Below are positions 1-12,821 of a stretch of DNA of 64,000 nucleotides, piece after piece. The position numbers and the translations under genes were made by a program. Each line of letters opens with the position of its first letter. Position 1 is the first letter of the stretch. Source of the DNA: the human T2T-CHM13v2.0 reference genome, Homo sapiens. The notes below the pieces were generated by a model. It was not told where the DNA came from. It saw only the letters and a list, made by a program, of their open reading frames with translations, and did no database searches. The stretch lies in the NCBI RefSeq assembly GCF_009914755.1, contig NC_060930.1, one strand, 5' to 3'.

Positions 1-329
1 GGGAATATTGGACAAGGAGTCAGTGGGCTTGCTCTGAAAAAGAACTGGGGATTCAGTAGACATTGAGTGAGAGATGGAAGGATAGGAATTTGTGGCTGGA
101 GCAAAGGAGAAAGTGGAGCCCCAGGTTTTGAGGATTGTGTTGAATGCTGCCTGTTTGCAAGAGACCCATACCTGCGTTTTCCTACTCCCCACTGTGCCAC
201 ACTGGCTTGGATACCTGAAAAACTTTTTTCCAAGGCTCGCTTGCCTGCTGGACTCTTCATGGGGTCTACAGAAGGTCAGCACTCACATGAGATTAGAAGG
301 CCTGAAAAAGGTGGCAGCTATTTTATGCT

Positions 330-615
330 TCTGGTAGCAGCATCGGTGGGGGCATGGGCTCCTGGGTTTCTGATCTGTATTGTCAGTGGCTTCACTCCTG
401 TCAGGGAGCACAGAATCCTGGGGTCTGGATTATGACACTTTTCCCTTTCTGCTCCTTCAGCTCTATGGACTGAAGTGGTGTCCTGAAGTTACTGATCTCT
501 GAGTAATAGTGCCTTCTCATTTTTGCTTTTTAAAAACCAACTAACAACTTGATACAAATTCTCAGTGTTAAATTTCCCTGTGTTTGAAACACTGAGGGTG
601 ATTTCCATTTTCCAA
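330..615 (+). mobile_element. Old ERVL-type LTR fragment (3' part)
   Basis: Ends with 'ttaaatttccctgtgtttgaaacactgagggtgatttccattttcc', resembling the 3' end of LTR40/41-class LTRs; family uncertain. Confidence 0.35.
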
Positions 616-1074
616 ATGAGAGAGTTTTACCTGATGGCAAAGTATGACTGGGCATGTGGATGGCTAAAGTGAGGAGAATATGAAGCCTAGGGGTTGGCAG
701 GCACTGAGGTCAAATAACTGACAGATCAGGAGGTGAAAAGTTCAGAGTCGGAATCTATGATTGTGGCTATAGGGGAACTCTCACATCCTCATCCAGGGTC
801 TGGACTCTCTTGGGGCATTACGCTATTCCACCAAGCATTCCTTCCCAGGTTTCACTCAACCACAGCATTCTCCTTATCCCTCATCTCCACAAGTTAACAT
901 TCTCCTCTGTACCCACTCTGGTCCCACCAACTATGATCAAACTGTGGTATGTTTGTCTCCCACTCCCCCCGCTACTCTTTCTTGAACTCAATCCCTTTCA
1001 CAGTTTTCCTAACTTCCCAAATCCTCAGAAACAAATATTGTCCTTTGGTTCTGAAAGTTTTACTCCTTCTTAAA

Positions 1075-1250
1075 AGAGCTTCTTAATCTGGAATCCACAG
1101 GTGATTCTAAGAGGAGCTATGATCCATCCAAAAGTACATAGCCAATCTTACAGGTGTGTATATATGTGCATTTTTTAAAGACAGGGGCTATCATATTTAT
1201 CACTCTTTCAAAGAGATCCTTGTTCCCTTCACCTTGAGAGTGGTTAAAGG
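1075..1250. mobile_element. hAT-Charlie MITE fragment
   Basis: 'cttcttaatctggaatccacagg...tatatgtgcatttt...tcaaagagatcc...ggttaa' resembles Charlie-type MITEs. Confidence 0.35.
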
Positions 1251-1304
1251 AAGAGAAAAGAGCAATCACTGATAGAGTCTTTATTTGCTCAAGGTATCTT
1301 TTTC

Positions 1305-1470
1305 TGTGATCTCAAATAAGCCACTTCCGCTCTGTAGACCTCAGTTTCCTCATCTGTATAACGGAAACAATGATTCTTACCCTTCAAGATGGTTGTAAGG
1401 ATTAGATATAGTATAAAAAACCAGCACAGTGCCTGGCATGGTTGACTTTTAATGAACAGTAGCTATTGGT
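1305..1470 (+). mobile_element. MIR SINE
   Basis: Core 'cctcagtttcctcatctgtataa' and tail 'gcacagtgcctggcat...agctatt'. Confidence 0.8.
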
Positions 1471-1479
1471 ATTGAGCTA

Positions 1480-1830
1480 GTTTGGAGTCCCCCAGGCACA
1501 GACGTTTACATGGGGTTTGAGTAAAAGTATTTTATTTGAGAGGATACCTAGAACATGTCAGTAGGAAAAAAAGAAAGGGAAAGAATCCAATAAAAGTTGT
1601 ATAATCAAACATGTACTTTCAGGTGGAACTCATAACCCACTGGGGGGGTCCCTGAGATACAATATGAGGCACACCTTGAGTTGTCCATCAAGAGCTGAGG
1701 AAGTGGAGTACTTATCTGCCTACTTGTCATCTGTCATTGGCTAGGGGCTTCTAGGGACATGAACTGTCCAGCACAACTCACTTTTTTGGTCAAGAAAAAC
1801 CCTGGGGTGTAAAGTCTCAGGTGTTCACAG
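1480..1830 (-). mobile_element. LTR16/LTR33-class ERVL LTR
   Basis: 'gtttgagtaaaagtattttatttgagagg' is the antisense of the LTR16/33 poly(A)-signal region. Confidence 0.5.
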
Positions 1831-3359
1831 CAGCAAGTTTGTTGTACAAAGGTAAATACTCAAGAGATAACATCAGGGCAATGACAGCAACTGCCATAGT
1901 GACTAATAGGAAGCCTTCCCCATCCCCACAACTGACATTAATAGGTTGCCCACTCTGTGCCCCATTAGCCCTCAGCTTGTCCTCTTGTCTTTGCTCTGTG
2001 CTAGACCAGCAGTGTGATATCGTATGCATGTATATGTGTCTCTCCAAGAGGACTGGAAGCTTTTTGAAGGCAGAGGTTTAATCTAACCAAGCTCTCTGAT
2101 GCCAGGATCTAACTTAACAGCTGATACAAAATGAAAATATCCCATACATGTTTATAATAAATTAACTCCCCTCAGAGTGGTAGTTTGGGAGGTTTCTGAT
2201 GACCCACTCTGCCAGAGGGGTGGCGCCATTAGGCATTCTGCACACACAATGGGAGATTTATGTCCCCTCCTGTTTCTGTGGCAGGTGCCTTTATCACACA
2301 GCATGTACGGTTCCTGAATCACTTGCCAGGGGATTCGTGACTCAATATTATAATCTCCAAAGCAATGATATTAGAAATTCAATTTTAAAAAGAAACTGTT
2401 TAGGGTGTCAGCATGTTATGATAATTATCTGGGAGGATTTTTCCCCCTGTTTCTTCTTGAACTGCACTAGTAAGCACTTTTCCACCTCAATACAAAGAAT
2501 GGAAGAACATGGACTATTTATGTATGTGTCCCCCACCCCCACCCACATCCTCCAGCTCTTATCTCCATATTGCCAACACATGGGGAGCGTACTCTGCTCC
2601 CCAGAGCACACGCCTGAATAAGCCTGATTGCTTTCCTGTATTTCTTTATAAAACTTTAAATATTCATCGTGCCATCAAATTAAATGGGATTCTTGGGATG
2701 TCATTCTTTTCAACACGCTGAGTTCTTTTCTCTAGTACCTGTCCTACCGCCATTTGAAGCCTTTGGAGACTTGTCATTTATCTAACATTACCCCCTAGGA
2801 GCTCAAGTTGCAATCAAGGCAGAGGGATGCTAATGAAAACAGAGGAGTTGGAGGGGCTTGTGGAGGCCAGAAATTCAGCTAGGGCAGGGAGTCGGGAAAG
2901 TTGGAGGCAGCAGAGAAAGACCAGCTGCTCTTCCTTGCTCAAGGAACAAGGTGTGAGCATGAAAGGCCAGATGGGGAGATGGGAAGAAGACGTGACAGAG
3001 TAGGCCAAAGATGAGATGGAAACTACTCAACAGGCCTACTGGCCTTCCTTCTTCCCTCTCCATCAAGTTTAAGGGCAGAGTAAACAGCCCTTCGGGATTT
3101 CAATATTCCTAGGCCAGAAACAGACAGCTGGATCAGATGAGCTGTTGAAAGTCCCTCCTAGTCTTTCAAGTCATTAAATATCTTTGTCTGGCAGTGATAG
3201 AAACTTAACAAGAAATGCTCCATGGGAACCTCTAGGAGAAATTGGGGTGGGGGAAATATGCAGATCCAGCTGAATATTATGCTTTGCATTGTGTTAAATT
3301 TCAACGCAATACATTACATTTTAAACTACTTTCTCTGCCTGCGTGGTCCCTTAACAAGG

Positions 3360-3680
3360 GAATCGATCAGCGAGCAGCCGACTAACTTGCCAGGGACCGG
3401 GTCACCATCTCCGCGCTGTAGTCATTTATAACCACCCTGAAGTTGGATAATGCGCCGCGGGAGACAGTCCTGCGCTGCTGCGGCTGCAGGATCAGCGAGC
3501 TACCGGGTGCAGGGGGAGGGGCAGGGGGCACTGCAGGCGGGCACTGCAGCAGTTGGCACTGCGGGGCCGCCCACCGTCGCTTAACTCTCCGTGGTGCCCA
3601 GCTGAAGGCCAGCGCGCTTCAGGAACACGCAGTGCTGGACAGCGCACCGCGCGCTTCGGAAAGCCTGAGCCGTCTCGGTA
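3360..3680. promoter_or_regulatory. Small CpG-rich island / putative regulatory element
   Basis: About 30 CpGs in ~320 bp by eye count, in an otherwise CpG-depleted window; GC-rich; not an Alu. Confidence 0.55.
3581..3601 (-). promoter_or_regulatory. RE1/NRSE-like REST site
   Basis: Minus strand CTGGGCACCACGGAGAGTTAA shares 14 contiguous nt (GCACCACGGAGAGT) with the SCG10-type NRSE TTCAGCACCACGGAGAGTGCC; flanks deviate. Confidence 0.4.
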
Positions 3681-3911
3681 AATAACTTTACCTGGATCAC
3701 AGAGGTTGTGAGGGGAATGGGGAACACCTGGGTGACATACCCCCAGCAGGAGTATTAGCTCGCAGTGTGGACTCGGGCAAGGCCCATCTCCCCGGGGCCT
3801 CAGCTTTTCTTATTTGCGAAGTGAGGATTTGTTCCAGGTGTTTTCAAAGGACCCTCAGAGACCTGGTCTCCTATAAATCAGTTGCTTGTAAACGCAATAG
3901 TGACCTGTAGA

Positions 3912-4094
3912 GCAGTGGTTCTCAGACCAGCGTGGCCATCAGAACCACCTGTGGAGGGAGATAAACTGTATATTCCCAGGCCCAACTGTGGAGTTCTGAT
4001 TCAGTAGGCCTGGGATAGGACTAGGGGGATGCTTATTTTTAACATGGATCCTTGTAGGCACTTCTGCACCAGGCAGAGGATTTGAGAAATATTG
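3912..4094. mobile_element. MER5 (hAT-Charlie) MITE
   Basis: 'cagtggttctcag...ttctgattcagtaggcctggga...tttgagaaatattg'. Confidence 0.7.
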
Positions 4095-4802
4095 CATTTA
4101 GAACACCTAAACTGATTTTCTTACCTCTTCACCATAACGTCTCTGCCCTCACAAACCCATCCTCACATCTTTACAACACACACCCACATCCCTGCGTACG
4201 AATGACATTCATTCTCAAAACTTTTAAAGCACTCGTTATATTCCTTAGTTTTCTCAAAGATAAACAATATTTAAAACAAGGCAGCTGCCCTCAAAGAGGT
4301 CTTAGGCTCACAGGGAACACAAACAGGCAGACGGCTAACCTTAATACAGAGTGATAAGTACCCCCACTAAGGGTGTGTAGCTGAGTGCAGTGGAGGCACA
4401 GATGAGCGGGCTCATGCTTGTGCTCACAAAATGGGGCAGATGGCTGTCACCCTTGGGTGAGGGTGTCGCTCTTCTGGGCCTGCTACATGGGGTTTTTCTT
4501 GCACAGTTTCCTTAGCGTCATGCACAGGTCTCAATCTGTGTGGTACACAGCACAATGCCGAGTAGACAATAATCACTCTGCTTGTGCACTGTGTAACCTC
4601 AGGGGGCACCTGGCTTGCTGAAAAAGCTTCCTGAATGTATTCATCCACATCACTACGCTCCTTCTTATCCCCTTCTCCTCCCTGTCTTTCTGTTTTTCCC
4701 AAGGTTTTCCCTAGCTCCCCACTTGTCCACATCACTCCACTTTGGTAGACCCCCCTTCAACAAAAAATGTCTCTTTCCTCTAACTCCATTCCTTGTCCCC
4801 AG

Positions 4803-4901
4803 CTGCCAGATGCCATCTGTGACAAGGGTGGTTTGCAGTGGCTGCTAGTGAGAGAGGTCCTTGAAGAGACTGAGTTGGATTGTTCGTCACAACACATTAT
4901 G
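4803..4901 (+). other. Candidate 99-nt internal exon (gene unknown, possibly lncRNA or cryptic)
   Basis: Branch-point CTAAC plus pyrimidine tract 'tccattccttgtccccAG' ending at 4802; donor ATG|GTGAGG at 4902; one open frame. Confidence 0.3.
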
Positions 4902-5199
4902 GTGAGGGTAGGGATGAAATTTGACTCTAGCACAGTGACACTTGGGTTAGCTGAGTGCTGAGGTGGTAGGATCAGCAAGGCAGGCCCTGGGTAATAACTG
5001 AAGCCCCTTCTGTAGCTGCACCCAAACCGGCTCAGCATTGGTCACAGCTCCTTTTGCCCAAAGATCTACACACCAAATTTATTCTGTGGCAAATACTGAG
5101 TCTTCCCATCCTCCACCCATACTGTTTTGTCTTGCTTCCTTTCCTTTGCCAGCCCACCATTTGGAACCCTATTACTGCTCTTCTCTGTTTTCATGGACC

Positions 5200-5450
5200 T
5201 GATATGGTAGATACCCATTCTCAATATTGTTCATCCTGCAAACATCCATTTCTGAATTCTCAAACCCTTCTCTTTCATTCAAGTGGTCACCCTGATGGAG
5301 AACCTCTTCTAGGCCTTTCCATGAAAGCCCCTAACTTCCCAGAGTCCATACAAGTCCATGCATGTGATTGGAAGGCATAGAAATCTCTTCTACCTATTCT
5401 GAATTTTTTTCTAACAAACAAGGTGATTTTGTTACTCCCCTGCATGAACC
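5200..5450 (+). mobile_element. Degenerate L2 fragment
   Basis: 'agcccctaact' and 'ttctaacaaacaaggtgattttgttactcccctgc' match the L2 3' region. Confidence 0.45.
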
Positions 5451-5587
5451 TGATTCTCAAGTCATACCAGTTTTCACTAAGGATAGCCATATTTTATGCC
5501 ACATTCCCACCTCCATCAAGTAAGGTTTGGAAGGAATATTTTTGCAGCTGCAAAGTAAAGTTTCTAATGTGAGTCCTACACATATAC

Positions 5588-5963
5588 TGATATGGTTTGG
5601 CTGTATCCACACCCAAAATCTCATCTTGAATTGTAATCCCCATAATCCCAATGTGTCAAGGGAGAGACCAGGTGGAGGTAATTGAATCATGGGGGAGGTT
5701 CCCTCATGCTGTTCTTGTGATAGTGAGTGAGTTCTCACAAGATCTGATGGTTTTATAAGTGTTTGGTAGTTCCTCCTGCATTCATTCTCCCCCTACCACC
5801 TTGTGAAGAAGGTGCCTTGCTTTCCCTTCACCCTCCACCGTGACTGTAAGTTTTCTGAGGCCTCCCCAGCTATGTGAAACTGTGAGTCAATTAAACCTCT
5901 TCTCTTTACAAATTACCCAGCCTTGGGGAGCTCTTCATAGCAGTGTGAGAATAGACTAATATA
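5588..5963 (+). mobile_element. THE1 (THE1D-like) solo LTR, MaLR
   Basis: 'tgatatggtttggctg...gactaatata'; 5-bp TSD tatac/catac. Confidence 0.9.
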
Positions 5964-6709
5964 CATACCATCGTGGTTCCCCCAGTTTTTTGCCCTGGAC
6001 CATGACTCACTTTCGGCTTTCCTGATAGGACAATCATGGAACAGGCTTTCCAACTTTGGTGGTTCCTTTTCCTTGGGTCTAAGACTTATTCCGCTATTAG
6101 CTTATCCGGTTTGATGTCTGACGTTCCCATACCAGAAGGCTTGCCTAGAGCTGAGAGTATGCCACCCACAGACCCTAGTATACACTCACTACCACAAACT
6201 CCCACATTTGTGCCTCACCACCACATTGGTGGCCGCCTTGGACATAAAAGCTAATTCAGATCCAGCTCTAGTTCTCTACTCCCCTTGAAATATGGACTGT
6301 TGGACAATCTACTGGAAGAATTAGACATGTTCCCATAGCTTCCCAAGTCCCAGCTAAACCAGCCCCTGCCTCTTTCTTTTTCCCATTTGCCTACTCCATT
6401 TAATTATTATGACAACTCTTCAAGGTAACTACTAGTATTTCCTCTTTGCAGGTGTGTAAGTTGAAGCTCACGGTTGAATAATTTGCCATTGTAACAGTGG
6501 GCCTGAGAGTATAATACAGGTTTTCTTCCTTCTTTATTCAGGAAAGATTTTCAGAACATTTGGGTCTTTAGGTTAAGAGGAAGGGAGGATTTAGACATTC
6601 AAAGTAAAAAGAAAAACTCATTTCCTACTAGTTCTTCCCAGGTGGATGGCCCTTCTCATCCTTCAATTGGCCAAAGGAAGTTGTGGAATTTTAAGGACGT
6701 TAAATATGC

Positions 6710-7576
6710 ATGGCAGATGCTGTCAGTGCCCTGCCCATATCCCCTTAGCATTCACTGGTTCTTTGCATGCTGAGAGTCTCTTATTGCGAGCACCTGCATC
6801 TCCTGTCTGAAGGCTTTCTCTGGCAGTAAGAACATGCTTGTTTCCCATCAGAAAAGGATATAAGTGCTAGAGAGTTAACAACCAAACAGAAGTTCCCAAT
6901 CAGTGATGAATGGAAGCTTGGTGGTTAATGACTTCATCATTCCTCAAGTGACATTAATCTGGAACACATGTCTCAGAAGTTCCCAGTGGGATTGAAGTCC
7001 AGTTGTTCACAATGGTGAACTGGTCATCTACAAACCTGTATTGGCTTCTGTCTATATTGCTTATGACAGAATACCTACATCTGGGTAATTTTTTCAAAAA
7101 AGAATTTATTTATTACAATTATGGAGGCTGAGAAGTCCAAGATGAAGGAGCCACATCTGGTGAGGGTCTTCTTGCTACAGAGATTCTCTGCAGAGTCTCA
7201 AGGTACCACAGGATGAGGAGGCTGAGCATGCCAGCTCAGGTCTCTCTTCCTCTTCTTATAAAGTCATCAGTTCTACTCCCAGAATAAGCCATCAGTTCAT
7301 TAACCCATTAAATCATCAATCCATGAATGAATCCATTCATGAAAGCAGAGCCCTCCTGACACTATTACATCTTAAAGGCCCCTCCTCTCAATACTTCTAT
7401 ATTAGGGGTTACATTTCAGTTTTGGAGGAGACAAAAATTCAAACCATAGCAGCTTACTTGCCTATCTCACTTCCCCAGTACCCTCTTGGTGCTTCCCAGG
7501 CTCACCTCTCAAATGAACTACTTGGACTCGAATCCTAGTACCAGGGTCTGCTTCTGGGAGAAGCCAGGCTAAAACA
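6710..7576 (+). mobile_element. LTR16-like ERVL LTR, split by a MaLR insertion
   Basis: Starts 'tggcagatgctgtcagtgccctgcccatatcccc'; ends 'actacttggactcgaatcc...tctgcttctgggagaagccaggctaaaaca'. Confidence 0.65.
7049..7451 (-). mobile_element. MaLR LTR (MSTD/MLT1A-like) nested in LTR16
   Basis: 'ggaggctgagaagtccaagatgaagg...caaaccatagca'; near-perfect TSD gcttc/gctta. Confidence 0.8.
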
Positions 7577-8699
7577 ATGTGCTTGGAATCTTAGAGGTTT
7601 TCTGGTTCAACCACCTCATGAATAAATTAAGTTCCAGGGAAAGAGGTGACCTGCACAGGATCAAAATCTGGAAGAGCTGGGCTGGAGCCACACCTTTGTC
7701 CACTCTTAGTTCAGTTCCCATTCCCTCCTGGGAGCCCCTCATGGAATCCCGTGAAGCCATATATCACTGGGAATGCACCAGCAGGAATTGGTGGAACTGG
7801 TTGGGGAGTGGAGTAAGGAAGGTAGAAAAAGAGTGAGTGAGTGCAGAAAGCCCACAGTCCATAAATTTCATTATCATTTCCCCCTATATTTTGGCTGTCA
7901 ACAATTTCACACCACTCTGCATATCTGGCTAGCTATGGGCAGCAGGGATCTGCATCCCCGACCCAGGTTATTTACACAGTTCTCCTGAGGCTTTGAGACC
8001 AGAGAGGTTAAAACAAGTTCTGCATCCATGTCCTGGAAGGCTGCTATATGCCCTTTTCAAGCAGCTACTGATGGTGTTGAGTGCTGGCAGTAAGAACATG
8101 CTTGCTTGGTGCTGGAACCTGAGTTGGCTGGCTGGCAGGCTGGACTGGGCTGAGCTAGACCAGGCTGCTGAAGGTTGGAGGCTCAGAACATCATCACAGA
8201 GCAGGGCAGGAGCTTTGGAATTACTTATTTCACCCCCCCCTCCTTATCGTAAAGGTGGAGAATGTGAGACCCAGAGGGTAAATGGGATTGCTCAGTTGAT
8301 GTGATTATACTTGCTATTTAAGATCAAATATAACTTGGCTTTGATTACTTCTGTCAATGGAAATAAAGAGGAAGCTCATAGAATTCCAAATACCATGTAA
8401 TACAAAATAATTTCTATTTTAAGTGTAAATTGAATTTGAAGCCATATTTGGGAGAAGGAAGGGGTTGCAGGTGTACCTTTGTAATCACGCTGAGCCCTGC
8501 AAAATGAGGCAAGAGAGAAGAAGATGAAGTAGGGAGGAAAGCCAGGAAGTGGAAGTAGCTGGCCTAGGATTAAGGATATCCTGTGGACAATCTTCATGGG
8601 GTAAATGAAAAATCACTCTAGTAATACAAACGTATTTCTTTCACTTAGTCTTTACAACACTGCCCTTCTCTCCCTCTCCCTCCTTGGTTTTAAGGTTTA

Positions 8700-10050
8700 G
8701 CTCCCAGGGAACCATATCCATCACCTCCTTACATAATCTTCAGCATCCTTACCTTCTTGTCAACCTGCCACATGCACCCTGAAAACCACCATTTTGGTCC
8801 ATTCAATTATCTTCCCTGTATGTCTGTGCTGAGCCCTGGAGATGAAAGTCACATACTGAACTGGGACCAGAGTTGGGGTCTCACACCTCATCTGGCTCCT
8901 TCTACCCTCTTGGGACTTGGGCTTGGGTAATCTCCTTTTCTAACTCTCTATGGTGACTGTGTTAGTTAACCTTCCTCAACTTCTCTGAAAATCATTACAT
9001 ATTCCCAGTTTCTGCTTATTAGATGATAGGGCTTCCCTGTTAATCAGAAGACTCAGACTACTAGGCATGAATTCCCTCAACCCCATTAAAAATTGATCTG
9101 CTCTCACAGTTGTCCATACCTTCTTTCCTGATAAAGCCCTTCTTCTGCCCAAGGATAACTCTTTCTATCCATAATGTACAGCTTTCCTCTTCTATTTCTG
9201 TGAGGAATTCATTCCATCAATAGCTGCACTCTCCCTCAACAGCCTCTTTCCCCACTAACTCTTACCCCAAGCACAGAAGCAAGTTCGAGTTTCTGCCAGT
9301 TTATGAAGGGCTCCTCCTAGCTAATCATCTCTCTCACCTTCCTTTAAAAGCCACAGTTTCTAAAAGAGCAGCCTGCACTCCCTATCCTCACATCCTCTCC
9401 TATATTCATCTCTCAACTCAGAGGGTCAGAGGGTGTGATCCAAGAGGTAGGAGAAAAAACAGTGCTGTCACAAACATCATGGAAGAATCATTTTTAAGGT
9501 ACTCATTGCACTGTGGGCTCTATTCTGGCCCCATCTGCCAAGGGCAGGGTATCAATGACTTCATAACTGCCACATCCCTCCCCACTTCTGATCCTTTTCT
9601 TACTTAGTTTCCCCTTACTGGTTCACATTTTTTGAGTACCTTAAAAATGATTCTTCTTCCATGATGTTTGTGACAGCACTATTTTTTCTCCTACCTCTTG
9701 GTTCACACCCTCTGACCGTCTTGGGTTGTCCCTAAAATGTGGGTGCTCCCCAGTATCCTGCCCTTAACCCTCTTCTCTTCTCACTTGATGTATCCTACCT
9801 GAGTAAACCTACCTATGTCCCAGGTCTCATTCTTGAGTTAATTGTTCTCAAATGCATGTCTCAGCTTAGCCCTATCCTCTGAGCAAGGCAAGAATATCCA
9901 AAGGCCTTTTGAACATCCCCATTGGATGTCCACAAGCACCTCAAAGTCATGCTATACTCTGCATAAATCACCAACCCTTCCCCAAAGCTGGCTTTCTTCT
10001 CCTATTTTTTATAGCTAAAAACTTTGGTCACCCTAGACTCTGCTCTCCAC
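8700..10050 (+). mobile_element. Fragmented L2 LINE
   Basis: C/T-rich L2-like tracts, e.g. 'ggatgtccacaagcacctcaaag' and 'cttctcttctcact'. Confidence 0.55.
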
Positions 10051-11695
10051 CCACTGCCCATCTTCCTCAGGCCTTCCTATACCAGTATTCCATAGTATAG
10101 GTAGCCATATTTGATAGTATAGATCTATATGTGTCTGTGGTTACCTATATGTCTAGTCTCATGGCCATCCAACACACCCTTGTTTAATTGCTGGTTAAGC
10201 TTTCTCATTTGATTTTTAGGTGCTGGGGCGTGTGTGTACATGCATGTGCATGTGTGTTTGTCTGTCTTCGTTCTATTCTTAGTAAAATTCAATTCTAGGC
10301 CAGGAGAAGGCAAGTTATCATCAGTCATTTACACTTCAGTATAAATCAGAAAGAACAAATGTTACAAATTATAATTTGTTAACGTTTCCTTAACACTTCT
10401 GGTAGAAGAATATGGTAGGGGTTGCAGGGAAAAAGCCCGAATGCCCTAAATGGTAGCTAAATGGAGAACAAAGAGGCACTCCTAGGCACAGAACCAGGCA
10501 GCTGGAGAACTTGAGTCAAACTATGCCAACTTCCCAATTTTTGCCCAGCCTTGGCATGCAGTATTCACTAGCCTCAAATTACAAGAAGCTTGTTAGTGCT
10601 TCACATCTATCTCAGAGCTGACCCATCTGTGTCTGGCTCACATTGACTGTTGCTCTTGGGGAGATTTGAAGATTTAAGATAGAGTTGTCTGATCTATAAA
10701 TATAAGCTATATTTTTATTCTCCCTCCCTCCCTCTCTCTCTCTGTTTCTTTCCTTTGCTTTCTTTCTTGCTTTCACTTAGCTAGAATGTAATTAAATTTG
10801 AATTGCAGCCAAAACCGATTTGTGAGACAAGAATTTGGTTAGTGATATTGAGCCAACCAGGTGAAAAAACCCTCAGCAAAACTTCAAAAAGACCAATAAT
10901 CACATTGTGATTGAAATTCAGCCCCCGTCTTCTCATCCCTTCTCCTATTAACTTGGACAAGAGCTGGAATCCCTCTTGGGACCCTGGGCTCATCGTGTTT
11001 CACAGATGGGTCTAGATGTATATGTGCACATAGCAGCAAGGAGGGCCAACGCATCCCCCAACCATAGTTGAGGAGGCCTAGTTTGACTAACAGATTCTAA
11101 GAAATTAGAAAGGGACTAGAGTTAGCAGAAGGGGATTGGGATAGAGACAATGATTGGAGGGAGAAGATGAAGGAGCAGCAATAAAGGGGTCGGATAGTTG
11201 GGGCATCAAATCCTGGAATTTGAAGCTAGAATGTAAGATGAAAAATCAGAGTAAGAGTGAGACAGAAAGTCTTTGGGGATCAATCATTTATGAAACAAGA
11301 GATTCTTAAGTTTGGAAATAACCTCATATGGTATGTATTCTAACACTCCTTCTCCATTTTACTGATGTGGAAACTGAGGCCCAAGAAGGGAATAGATTTA
11401 CCCAAGGTTACATTATACTATTAAATCAACCATCAGCAAATAGTGATGTGCCTTACTCTGTCCCTGATTCTCTGGGGGCTTCCAAGGAGTGTTAAGGTAC
11501 ATTTTCTACCCTCCAGGGAAATGACACCTGGGTGACAATGAACACATCCTTCCCAGCAGCCTCTACCCCTGTCTTCTGTGATCTGCAGCATATTTGTGCC
11601 AGGTTAATTGTGACCCTGGCTCTTCCTTTCCCAGCTCTTCCCAGGGTCACTTTTGGGGAGCCCAATGAGCAGGCTAGAGATAGGCAGGAGTGTAT

Positions 11696-11740
11696 AGTGT
11701 GTGTGTGTGTGTGCATGCGTGTTTGTGTGTGTGTGTGTGA
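11696..11740. repeat. Interrupted (TG)n microsatellite
   Basis: Directly visible. Confidence 0.9.
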
Positions 11741-12518
11741 ATGCCTGTGCATGAAAGATTAGCAAGCCAGAGCCCACTGGCCATCTGTCATTACCTTTCA
11801 ATGCCAGAGAGAAAGGGTCTGTAGGGTGTTTATTATTTGGGTTCTCCATGCCTCTACTGCCCTTTCTTGGTGTAGCATAAAATTGGAAATCCAAAGACCT
11901 GGGCCCTAGTTTTTCTCTGATGTTGGGTGTACAAGTAATGTCTCCTCTTTGAGCCTCACTTCCTTTATTTGTAGAACAGGTCATATATCACTGCATGGCA
12001 TGCAAGGACTGTTGAGCTCTGATATTTTAAGATGCCATAATTTTAGATGCCAATGGATACCCAAGTCCCATTAATTCATTTAGTCAATAAGTAATAATGT
12101 CAATAATAAAAAATAATAATTATGATTGTGATATTTTCCAGCTGGATGGGAGATGTTTGGCTGGTAGACTTTTCCTTCCTGTTGCTATTTGGGGGATTCA
12201 GAGCTAAATATAGCCAGTGACAGGCATTCCAAACACCATCATCTCAAATTAGGAAACACATTTGCACCTCCTATCAACAGTCCTGTGGCAGACACTCTGA
12301 CGATGCTGACAAAGATGCAGGAAGACTGTTTCCTCCCATGAAAAAACCTATGTCTGCCTCCTGGAAAAATCAGACCAGAGATTTCATGGAAGGAGCTAAT
12401 AGTGGGGTAAGGGTGGTATAGGAATGTATGTAGGAGTTTACCTTAGCAATGAGGAAGTCTGGCATATAGAATCACTACTATTTATTATGCACCTACCATG
12501 TCCCAGGCTGTGTGCTAA

Positions 12519-12821
<303 letters not shown>

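Noticed and set aside
2205-2232. CTCF-like 'gccagaggggtggcgcca'
   Set aside because: The 3' part fits but the 5' core does not align in register; too weak to call
3450-3677. ATG at 3450 as a coding first exon in phase with the 99-nt exon
   Set aside because: In-frame TAA near 3582
4767-5380. ZP3/zona pellucida-like peptide motifs (CxxxxxMVxV...TLGxxxC; QPTIWNP; FHG..VD; QVHACDWKA) suggesting a fossil ZP gene
   Set aside because: Motif spacing does not fit ZP3, the alternative alignments conflict, and 5200-5450 is better explained as degenerate L2. Only a weak ZP-N-like resemblance remains. An HMMER search with the Zona_pellucida profile would settle it.
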